In this document: piece by piece, positions 31,144-41,044 of the stretch | Layout: each line of letters begins with the position of its first letter | Numbering within the stretch: position 1 is the stretch's first letter | Origin: Guillardia theta CCMP2712 | Lineage: Eukaryota; Protista; Cryptophyta | Reading direction: 5' to 3' | Length of the DNA stretch: 41,044 nucleotides | Assembly: GCF_000315625.1 (NCBI RefSeq) | Contig: NW_005434655.1 | Coordinates: forward strand, 486,672 to 527,715 | Notes under the pieces: generated by a model | What the model was told of the DNA's origin: nothing | The model's database searches: none | What the model saw: the letters and a program-made list of their open reading frames with translations, nothing else | Translations under genes and position numbers: made by a program

Positions 31144-34100
31144 ATGAGGAGGCTCGTACAGCTGAAGGCTGCCAGTGACCGAAATCGTAGCTCCGCGGGA
31201 TTCTCGGAGTACCTGGAGGTGTGCGGGCAGTGAGAGGTGGGGAGGAAGGTGACTGAATGATGTGCTGCTCCAGCGCCATAAGGTCTTCAACCTCATCTCC
31301 GACCTCATCTCCGAAGTCCTCCTAGTCCAACCTGACGACCCCCTTCGGTAGTTTGCAGTCTCCTGTGCGCATCTCTGACTGGGCAAGCCCTCCTGCAGGT
31401 TTGTCCATGATGCGACAGCCAGACTGCTCGACGTAGACAAGTTCAGTCCAGAAGAGGTTCAAGACGACCATGAGGAAGAGGAGACGATGCAAGAAGCAGA
31501 CAACGAACGACTCGCCCTGAGGATGCGAATAGAGTGTGTGGGCAGTAGCGGGAAAGTGGAAAGGTCCTACTTTGTCAGGAAATGTCCATCATCTGGGACA
31601 AGCGAGCTTCGCATCCAATCTTGGAAGGAGGTTTGCGTCGTTCTCCTGCTTCTCGTGTCACTCAATCTCATCAGGAGGCGATGGATGAGTTGTGTAGGGT
31701 TGTTGAGAAAGCTTTCAAGTACCCTTCTCATCCGAACCTCGCTGATGGTGTAGGAGTTGAGGTAACTCTGTTCTTGTACATGCTACGATGGTCCTATGTG
31801 ACGATTCCGTGCTCAGGTGGGCTCTGGTAGAGAAGAAAGCTCAGGGTCGTGGGTGCTGGACGATCAGTTCAGAACGAGGCTGAAGGATTTGCACGACAGG
31901 ATGAAGGGGGGGAGGAGCAGGAGTGAGATCAAGTCAATGATCTTCGAACTCTCCATGCAGACGGGGTTGAGCTCCGAGGTGTTGAGCGGGCTTTACGACC
32001 TTGACTTCGGCCGGTACGAAGAATCCGTCCAGAGGGAGCGGGAGATTCTAAGGAAAGAGTGGAGTCTAGTCCACGAGACCAACGTCGTCCGGGTTCTTGC
32101 TCGAAGCCTTCCTGGCGGGTCCCCCGACTCTCCTCTCTCCTTCCTCGATCGAGCCACACCAGCCGAGCTGAAGAGTGTCTGGAGCAAGCTGACGTCGCTG
32201 CTCGCCGGCCCTGATGTTGAGCGGAACCAGTCCAAGTCACAGCTGGCAGTCAGCCGGAGGGGGGCCTCCGGGAACTCCAAGTTTGAGATCTTCACCAACG
32301 GCAAGGATGCGCGAGTGGCGACATTCGGGAGGCTGGGGGAGTTCTACAAGGGGCTGATCGACAAGATCGGGCTGCCGTCTCCGCAGCTGATGCGCGCGAT
32401 GGAGAGCGAGCACTGCATGCGGGGGGACTCTCAGGATGAGTTCGAGCCCGGCAACTACGACACTCGCACAACTCCGTGCAAGGAGTGGCAAGCGCTGACT
32501 GATGAAGCGACTCGTAGACGGCTGTCCGTTCCTCCGAGGAGGATCAGGTCGATGGAGGACCTCATGAAGGAGCATGTGGTACAGAGTGCCAACTTGCTGC
32601 CTGAAGAGGTCCTCGCGTTGCAGCTTTATTCTGGTGAGACTTCCTTTACAGCATGTTCTTACGTTTGATCGCCCCGCTCATCTCCTCGTGGGTTCCTCTT
32701 GCAGCATCACTATTCTCTCCTCCTCCTCCTCCTCCCCCCCCCCCCCCGCCCTTGAACCTTGACTTGGAACTCCAGGCCCGATGTTCCGCAAGTACAACAC
32801 CGTCCTGCGAAAGTTCCCAGAGACGGAGGTGAAGGCGCTGAAGAGCAACAACTACGTCACGACCATCTTCTGCGTAGTGAGCGGCATCATCAAACTGTCG
32901 CGGGTCAGCGAGCTGTCGGAGAGCCGGCTGGTCTTCCGCGGCCTCAAAGATCTCTCGCTCCCTCAGGAGTTCTTCACAGAGGACGAGTACGGTGTGAGGG
33001 GAGGCATCGAGTTCGCCATGATGAGCACCACAAGAGACAAGTCAGTGGCGCTGCAGTACGTCGGGACAGGCACAGCAACTGTCTTCGAGATCGTCTACGG
33101 GGCTGTTGACCGCGGAGCCTCGATCGGCTTCTTGTCTCAGTACCCGGATGAAGATGAGATTCTGTTCCCTCCTCTCTCGTTTCTTGAGGTCGTGGGTCAG
33201 CCGCGGGTTGAGGGCGGGCCGGCCAGCGTTCCCATCCGCATCATTCCTCTGAAGATCAATGCCAACGTCACTTGCTCGACCATCGAGGAGATCGTTGAGA
33301 AACGGAAGCAGCTGCACATGGCACTTCTGACTAACACCATGAACGAGGCGATAGGAGAGCTCAACAGCATCTTTGCGAGCGAGAGGGTCGAAGCTCGGCT
33401 CACGCATGCCCCATACGATCGCATGCAAGATGGTCATCACAAGATCAAGGCCTCCATCCTTACGGAATGTCAAGAGCTCATGGACTTCTATGCCAAGAGC
33501 CCTCCCTCTTGGTTCAACGACGACGAGAACTATGCCAAGGCCATGCTGCAGGCTTCCAAGCTCAAGCAGATGGCGCTGGGCAAGTTTGTCTTCTGGCTGG
33601 ACCACAACTCGGGGGATGGGATGGCGGGAACGATAACCAAGGAGTCGATCTTCTACCTCCATCGGCTCATGGAGTCCAACCTCCTCCGACGATTTCGCGA
33701 CAAGGATGAGGAAGAGGATCGCGAGGCTCTCGCGCTGCAGATCTGCAAGCACAAGGGGCTGATCTTCAAGGACCTCGCTGAGCTCAACGACTTGGGCGAA
33801 CCTCCTCTCTTCGCCGTCGTCGCGAATGGCGATGAGGAAGGCGTCGAGCTGCTGCTGACGGCCGGGTGTGAGATCGACTCCAGAGATCGCGACAAGTCGA
33901 GCGTCCTGCATGTCGCAGCCTTCATGGGACACACCGAGATGATCGATCTCCTCATCCAAAGACAAGCAGATCTCTACGCCGTCAACTCCACTGGTCACAC
34001 GTGCCTGCACACGGCCTGCCGCAACGGACATGTCGACGTCGTTCGCAGGCTGATCGCCCTAGGAGGTGAGAGGCTGGTCCTGATGCAGACCAACACGGGG

Positions 34101-36422
34101 TGGTTGTGTACTCACAGTGCAGCACAAAACGGTCACTTCAAAGTGTTGGAGGTTCTTCTGCAAGTCGCATGTGAACAGCAGCTGAGCACTCAAACCAACA
34201 CGGGCTGGTATTGTGTTCATACCGCAGCGCAGAACGGACATGTGCGTGCGATAAGATTAATCTTGCAGACTGGAGGGAACCAGCAGCTGCTGAACAAGAC
34301 GAATGACCTTCGGACGGTGGCGTACATTGCCTCTCAATACGGGCATATGAACGTGCTCAAGCTGATAGAGGAAGCCGGTATGAACGAAAGCTTCAACATG
34401 CTAACAGATGACGACAAGTCTTGTGCGTACATGGCCGCCAGGTTTGGGTTTATCGAGGTTCTTCGATACCTCATCGCGCATTGCGACAAATCTTTGTTTG
34501 CTGTCAGGACTTTGAAAGATCAGCACTCTTGCGTAACAGCTGCTTGCTCGAGCGGAAGTGTCGAGGCCCTGAGGCTCGTCCATGAGGTCGTGGGGTCGAA
34601 GGTGGTACAGGAGCAGGCGAGGGACGGAAAGACCTGCTTCCACATGGCTGCGATCTTCGGGCATGTTGAGATCATGAGAGAGTTGATCGCCATGGGACAC
34701 GCCAGCCTCATGTCCAAGGTGTCTCGCGACGCCTCCACCTGCGCCTTCACCGCCTGTACCCACGGACATGCCGCGATCTTGCAGCTCATAGCAGAGACCG
34801 TCGGAACTGACTTGCTGTTCAAACCATCCCGACAGAAGCGATCCTGTGCCTTCATCGCCTGTCAGAACGGGCACATGGACTGCCTGAGGCTGTTGTTGCA
34901 TACAGCAGGAAGAGAACTCTTCGACCAGCTCACAGACGACGGAACGACCTGCGCTCACATTGCAGCTTTTCATGGACATCTGAATGTTCTGCAGTTCCTG
35001 GTAGAGAACATTGGGGAGAACGTGATCTTTAGCAGCAACACCGCAGGGAAGAGCGTGGCCATGTTTGCTGCAGAGAATGGCAAGATCGGGGCGATCAAGT
35101 TTCTTTTGCAGCATGGAGGAAGAGAGACCATCTTGCGGCCAACGAGCATGGGCAAGACTTGCGCTCATGTCGCTTGTGCCAAGGGCGATCTCGAGATGCT
35201 GCAGCTCATCCTTGACATCGACGCAGCTGAGCTCCTGTCGATGCTGACCAAGAGAGGAGAGAGCTGCGTCCACTTCTGCGCCAAGAGAGGCCGCGAAGAC
35301 GTCATGCAGCTCGTTATGCAGCTGGTCCCGCACGAGTTCCTGACCCTGAGGACCGAGGAGGGGATCATTCCCTTGCACCTCGCGTCTCAGTACGGTAACT
35401 TACAAGTGTTCGAGCTGCTCGTGGAGAAAGCCGGCAAGGAGCAGGTGGCCTCCTGCACGGCAGCAGGTGACTCTTGCCTGCTCCTCGCAGCGGCCAATGG
35501 CCACGTGAACGTTGTGGGGAGGCTGTTGGAAGAGATGCCGAGCCTGGTGGAGGTTGCCAACGACAAGGGGGAGAGCTGTGTCTACGCCGCTGCATCCAAC
35601 GGTCACGTCCCAGTGTTGAGGGACCTGCTGCGGTCAGCGAGCAGGGAGAGCTTGTTGCGAGGCATCAAGGATGGAGGGTTCACCAGCGCGCACATGGCCG
35701 CCGTCAGTGGGCAGCGAGAAATCCTGAAGATGCTGCACGAAGCTGCTGGAGACGAACTTCTCTTCCTCCTCGATCATAACGGGAGGTCCTGCGCGTACCT
35801 GGCAGTGCAGAACGGGAGGCTCGACGTACTCGAGTACCTGGTGTCCGTGGGAGGCAGGCAAGCTCTCAGTGCGAGGACTGTCGATGGCAAGAGCTGTTTG
35901 CACGCCGCATCACAAGGTGGGAGGGTGGAAGAGATGAAGGTGATGATGTCGGTGCTGGACTTTGACGATCTTCTCTTGACGGACAATCATGGCAAGTCCT
36001 GCCTCCACGTTGCGGTACAGCAGGGACATGCTGGCATAGTCGAGGTCCTGCTGGGTTACACCAGAGCAAGGGAGTTGGTGGGACTGGAAAGTGATCAAGG
36101 GAGGTCAAGCGCGTACGTGGCCTCTCAGGAGGGCCACTCCCTCCTCTTACAGCGTCTGCTTGAGGTTGGGGGGGCTGAGCTTCTCAACAGACGCGCCAAG
36201 GATGGGAGGACTTGCGCGCATGTTGCCGCTCAGAACGGGCACCTCGAAGTCCTGCAAGTCATCGCAGAGACTGGCGGGCCGGCGCTCTTCGCCGTCAAGA
36301 CGCCGGACGGCCAGACGTGCAGGAGTCTCGCAGAAGACAAAAAGCGAGAGAAAGTCCTGCTGCTCATGGACAGCCTGGAGGAGGCGGGTGCTGGGGCCTC
36401 AGCAGCGAGCGAGCCGGAGTGA
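31144..36422 (+). CDS. Dpy-30/RIIa-like docking motif + mono-ADP-ribosyltransferase (R-S-E) domain + ~24 ankyrin repeats
   Basis: Spliced N-terminus FSEYLE|RHKVFNLISDLISEVLLVQPDDPLR|FVHDATARLL. ART motifs LALQLYSG|PMFRKYNTVLR, VFRG, MMSTTRDKSVALQY and SQYPDEDEILFPPLS. Then ~24 repeats of ~35 aa with consensus GxTCAHxAAxxGHxxxLxxL. The start codon could lie further upstream. Confidence 0.85.
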
Positions 36423-36584
36423 CTGGTCGGACTTAGGGTGCCACGGTGGTGCCAGGTCACCGTGCACGGTCAGTGTAATGCTGAACTTGAAAGTTTCTTT
36501 ACTCAAAGATGAGTTAACAATCTTTACTCAAAGTTAAGTTAACAATCAGTACGAGAACAATCCGACATCCCCCCGCTTCGAGGC

Positions 36585-36910
36585 GGCCTCAGTCGCCCGG
36601 CCGCGGGGCCCGGGGGCCGCGCCGGCCACACGCGGCCGTTCGGAGCCCGGCCCGGGCCGCGCTAGTGACAAGTGAGTAGTGGCCGCCGGGCCGGGGACCC
36701 TGAGGCGGCGAAGGTCCGTTGAGCCAACGGAAAATCGGGGGTAAGTTTTCGAGTTGTGTCATGCCCCGGCCTGACCACAGGGAGGCACATTTTGCGGCCC
36801 CCAACACCCGTACTTGTGACCCCATACCTTTATGTGTACCGTCTTGGTGGTAGGGTAGGTACATACCCCCGTCCCCTTTACCCTAGGGGTGCCAGGGAGA
36901 GCGGGGGCAA
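36585..36910. repeat. GC-rich CCGG/GGCC island (third instance) with adjacent TACCCC/GGGTA motifs
   Basis: GGGGCCCGGGGGCCGCG and GCCCGGCCCGGGCC, similar in character to the other two islands. Confidence 0.5.
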
Positions 36911-39900
36911 ATAATTCTTGCTGCTCGCTGCTTGGCATGCTCTGCTCCCCTGATGCTGCTGCTGCTGCTGCTACATGTGGGAGGGCTGTTTGCCTCTCAA
37001 GCACAGAGCGCCTGACTCTTCTCTGCATGCCTTGCTCAAGCCTCCACCCTCCTTCCTCCTCCTCTGATGTGCTCTGTGCTCATGCCCATGTTGCGTGAAG
37101 CTCGGAGCGGGGGAGAATTGTTTGCGTTTAGAGGTAGAGGAGAAGTGTGAGCAGCCGTGTATGAGAGCGAGCAGCGTCTGAAGCTGCAGCCACACCCTGC
37201 GGATGCACGTAGATCAGCTCCTGTCATATCTGACGCATGGTAGGCAGTGCGGAGAGGCTTGAGTGTGTCGGAGCTGTTTTGGTTGGGATGAGTGTCGAGT
37301 GATTGTTGGGAGCGCGAAGGGGAAAGGAGAAAGGCGATAGTATTTTTTCATTTGAGATCTACATACAAGGAAGCCCAGGAGCGTGTACTTTGGGGCAGGT
37401 CATGGATGTGCACGACGATGTCGGACAGCCAAGGCCGCATGGTCATCTCGATAGCATGGAGAGACGTGGAGTGCTTGAGGTCGGGAGTGCGAGAGAAAGT
37501 GATGTGTGCCGGATGACCGGAAGAGATGATGAGAGGCTTCAGCGAGGAAGGGAGAAGTGTGCCGGGCTTGTGATCCTCTTCGAGGGAAACAACAGGTGTC
37601 GATGGAAAGGCAGAGAGCAGGAGCGGAGACGAGGGGAGCAAGGACAGTGCAAGGATAGTGTACGATTGAGTTGAAGTCTAGGATTGCTGGACGCTTGAGC
37701 CCGAGGACCTGCGGGCTCAGCTTGTCTGACTGACATGCGGGAGAGAGTGGCGGCTGTTGCTTCGGGATGCGGAAGCAAGGGGAATAGGGATCAAGGCTCC
37801 GGGACTCTCAAGAAACGACAGGAGAGGCTTCATTGGAGGAGGGGGGGAGGAGAGGCGGCGGGAGTGATCGGCAGGGGAAGATATTCTATGCTAGTTGTAT
37901 TGAAGAACGGAATGAAGTCATGAGCCTCACACCCTGTGTCTCTTGTGAGATGCTCACCTGCTCTGCGATCACTCTGCAAATGGAAGCGCCCACTGACAGC
38001 TGCTTGGAGGTATCAGAAGTATGAATGGCGCGAGAGCAGACATGTGGGGAAGCATGTCGCTGAGAGGGGCGACGTGCTCCTGCTTGCGTCGGCATGGAGA
38101 GGGTTGGAAGCCTGCGGAGAAAGGGACGACTCGCCCGAGCATGATGGCACTGAGGCCTCTGACTGACCGCGCGCAAGCATGTGCTTCATCATCCCACTCA
38201 TCGACGAGCAGCAGGAGCATGTGGCCCCCGCCATGTGGCTCTCAGTGTGCGATACGCGCGCAGGCGTCGAGCCATCCTTGGCTGACCTCGTCCCGTGGCT
38301 GCTGGTGCATCCTGCTTCCTCTTGCCCTGACCTGACAGACATGCAGGAAGCATGAGGAGCAGTGCCTTCTCCTCGCCTCGCGCGCTCGCATGGGCGCATG
38401 TGCTTTGCACGCAGGAGGGCGGCGAGAGGAGGAGGCTCGCAGGCTTAGCTTGTGAGGAGGTGAGCGTCGGGGCTGCATGCGAGCATGCGGAGGGCATGAT
38501 CAGAAGGGTTCATTTAACAGACTTCTCGCTGGCATCTCAAACCAAACCAAACGCCCCCCCGCCCCTCGCGACGAGCAGGCGACCCTGCGCCTCCTGGGAG
38601 GGCCGCTGGGAGCATCGGAAGAGGAGGCAGCAGCGGCAAGACCAAGCAAGCAAGGAAGCCAGTCGCTACTCGAAACCAACCTCCCTCAGGGCGAAGAGCA
38701 AGTGCCTGCATACTGAGCCTCCGGTCGAGGGCGAGGAGCCTCCGAGAACAGGGAACAAGACCAGGGCAAGACCGGGCAGGGGAGAGCCGAGGCTACGACA
38801 TCACGGTAAGGGAGGAGGGGGGGGGAGAGGACAAGGGAAGCGATGGAAGGGAGAAGGGGTAGGGAGGGGTGAGCGGAGGGGTGGGGTTGGAGAATCTTTC
38901 CGATTGAGAAAAGGGGCGGTGCAAGGGGCCGGGGAGGAGCAGGGGTGGGTGGGTGGTGGCATGTGGGAAGTGAGGGGGTAAGGTGCTGGGACCAGGAGGG
39001 TAGGGGTGATGGGTCTGTCAGGGGTGGGGTGAGTCCGTAGCGACATCCTTTGTCGGGAGGAGGATGCACCCCCTTCTTTCCCCTCACACCACCCCACCCT
39101 CGAGAGCTCTCCTGCCTTTCCCTGCTCCTGCACAGGATGCTTGTAAGCGAAGACGCGATGGTAGCTGATGGTCGACGGACAGGCCGCACACCAGCAGCGA
39201 GGAGGGGGCGTTAGCTGCAGGATCAGGAGGCTTGGCCAGTGCTGGGAAACGCGACGACAAGGTCGGAGAACGACCGGAGAGCAGCGAGGAGAGCGGAGAG
39301 AAGGAGGACAAGGGCAAGGCTCGTCAAGAGGAAGTGGGCGATAGAGCAGAGAGGAGGACGGGTGACGCGAGGAGACTTGTCTCTGACTGTACCTTGGGTC
39401 GGACACTAGCAAGGCAGGCGGGCAGCAGGAGGGTACTGACTATGACACGACGGCGGGGGAGAAGGGGAGGCGGTCGAGGTAGGAAGCAAGGATGCCAGAG
39501 GGCCTACGAGACTGAGACGACGAGCATGCAGGCAGGCCAGGGATGAAGCTTCTGGCCAGCGGGGAGAGAGTCGCCAACCCTGCAAAGCTTGATGATGGTA
39601 GCGAGTGCGACTGACCAAGAAGAGGGTTGACGACTTGATCACGACTAACGCAGGAGACGAGGGTGGTGGGGGGTGGGTAGGGAGCGGGTACAGGTCTGCC
39701 AGGCCATAGGAGCATAGGCATTGGAATAGACCCGCGCTGGCATGAACTGGATCAAAGGGGGAGGGGGCTTCACGGGATTGCTTGCATGCTGCATGACGGG
39801 CGGAGAGGAGGAGGGGTCGGGCGAGGAGGGGATTTGAGCTGATTTGTGCAGATTGTATGTACACAACATTACAATGGCGCGACTTGTGCATCCAACTCTA

Positions 39901-39916
39901 TCGTGTTTGATTACTT

Positions 39917-40860
39917 TCACAGTGACTCTTGTTCTTCGCCTGCCAAGTACCACTCGAGCCAGTTCGCATCGATCGATTGCGAGGACTCAGCGGCTGACTC
40001 CCGCGACCCTGACCCTGACTCGCCCCGGCTTTGCGAGCTGCTCTTCCCGTCGGCTCCCGGCCTGGGAGGGGTCCTGCTGCTTGACGACATGTATGTGCTG
40101 CTCCCCTCCGCTCCGCTCGGGTGTGCCATGGCGGCCTGAGCTTCTTGCGAGCTTGACGATGACCCAGGAGGGTCTGCGTGTGCGTTCTGCTGGTCGGGCA
40201 GCCTGCTGCTGCTACTCGTCGCTCCCGCTTCCTCGTCTAGCCCGTTTTCATCGCTTGGGCTCCCGCCGTCGCCGCTCATGCTGTCGCCATTGCCGCTGCC
40301 GCCGCTCATGTGGCGAGAGTAGTCCCCCGCTCGCTCGTTCCTCAGGCGAGCGTAGGGCCATCGCTGTATGCCGAGCATACGACAGGCCTTCTTGAGGCTC
40401 GTCAAGGAGATGCCCTGCGACACTCATTGAGCGCAAGCGCATGCAGTCGCTGGGGCGACCATGAGCTCACCAGAAACTTGGCGGCGTCCTCCTGTCGCAT
40501 GTGGAACAGCGGCTCGATGATGTGAGGTCGAGCTGCACGTCGTACACTCTTGNNNNNNNNNNNNNNNNNNNNNNNNNNNNNNNNNNNNNNNNNNNNNNNN
40601 NNNNNNNNNNNNNNNNNNNNNNNNNNNNNNNNNNNNNNNNNNNNNNNNNNNNCGCGCACCTCGAGACAAGACATGGCCCTCGTGGCCTCCCTCCGTCTTC
40701 CTCTCTCTCTCTCTCCCGTCTCCTTCACGCTTCTCCTCGGTTACTCTTTGACCTCGGCAAAGCGCTCAGTTGGCGTATTACCGTCTGTCGCGAAACGTTG
40801 ACTTCCCCCTGCTCCTCCTGCTCCTCGTTCGCCCTGCGTCTCCCCTGGCCCTGGCCATTC
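39917..40860 (-). CDS. RWP-RK domain transcription factor; 5' part uncertain and spans an assembly gap
   Basis: PHIIEPLFHMRQEDAAKFL|GISLTSLKKACRMLGIQRWPYARLR across a GTGAGC...GTCGCAG intron, followed by a Ser/Gly-rich tail ending EEQESL*. Confidence 0.85.
40553..40652. other. Assembly gap (100 N)
   Basis: Run of exactly 100 N, a typical placeholder for a gap of unknown size. Confidence 0.99.
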
Positions 40861-41044
40861 TCCCGCCAAGCCGTGTCCCTTTTTTTAATCTTTTTTAGTC
40901 TTTCTTTCTTCGATCTTTTTTGCTTCTTTTTTTTACCCCTACGTCGGGGAAACTGAGGTGGGGTGGCGAAGCGCCTGGGGTAGACGAGCATCGAAGGGGT
41001 CGGGGTGGAGGGACGAGGGAGGACGGGAGTGGTGGTGGAGAGAT

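Noticed and set aside
33042-35378. Long antisense ORFs (329 aa and 325 aa)
   Set aside because: Shadow frames of the GC3-rich ART-ankyrin exon, with no recognisable motifs.
38352-39412. ~200-aa Gly/Arg- and Pro/Ser-rich ORFs
   Set aside because: Explained by purine/pyrimidine strand skew; no domain or consistent splice model.

Overview
Eukaryotic nuclear DNA with short GT-AG introns, bipartite plastid-targeting leaders (ASA-F, AKA-Y), an RWP-RK factor and ankyrin-rich genes. This fits a cryptophyte alga such as Guillardia or Hanusia, which is an inference. Most raw ORFs in the track are exon fragments or shadow frames, so genes were rebuilt by hand-splicing. Ordinary genes: CYTH/thiamine-triphosphatase-like protein, UCH37/UCHL5-type deubiquitinase, plastid WW-domain membrane protein, TRPV-like channel, PA14 protein, argininosuccinate synthase, glyoxylate/succinic-semialdehyde reductase, RWP-RK factor and a few hypothetical genes. 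An accessory island at about 5.1-15.7 kb holds three things: a decayed P-element-like transposase with a C4 zinc finger, a decayed Ty3/gypsy retrotransposon, and a ~5.2 kb imperfect palindrome (8954-14146). The palindrome arms carry head-to-head genes built from 3 and 2 tandem copies of an unidentified domain, apparently joined in frame by a 62-nt intron. A second standout is a large Dpy-30/RIIa-like docking motif + R-S-E ADP-ribosyltransferase + ~24-ankyrin protein (31144-36422). All family calls come from motif recognition by eye; no database searches were run.
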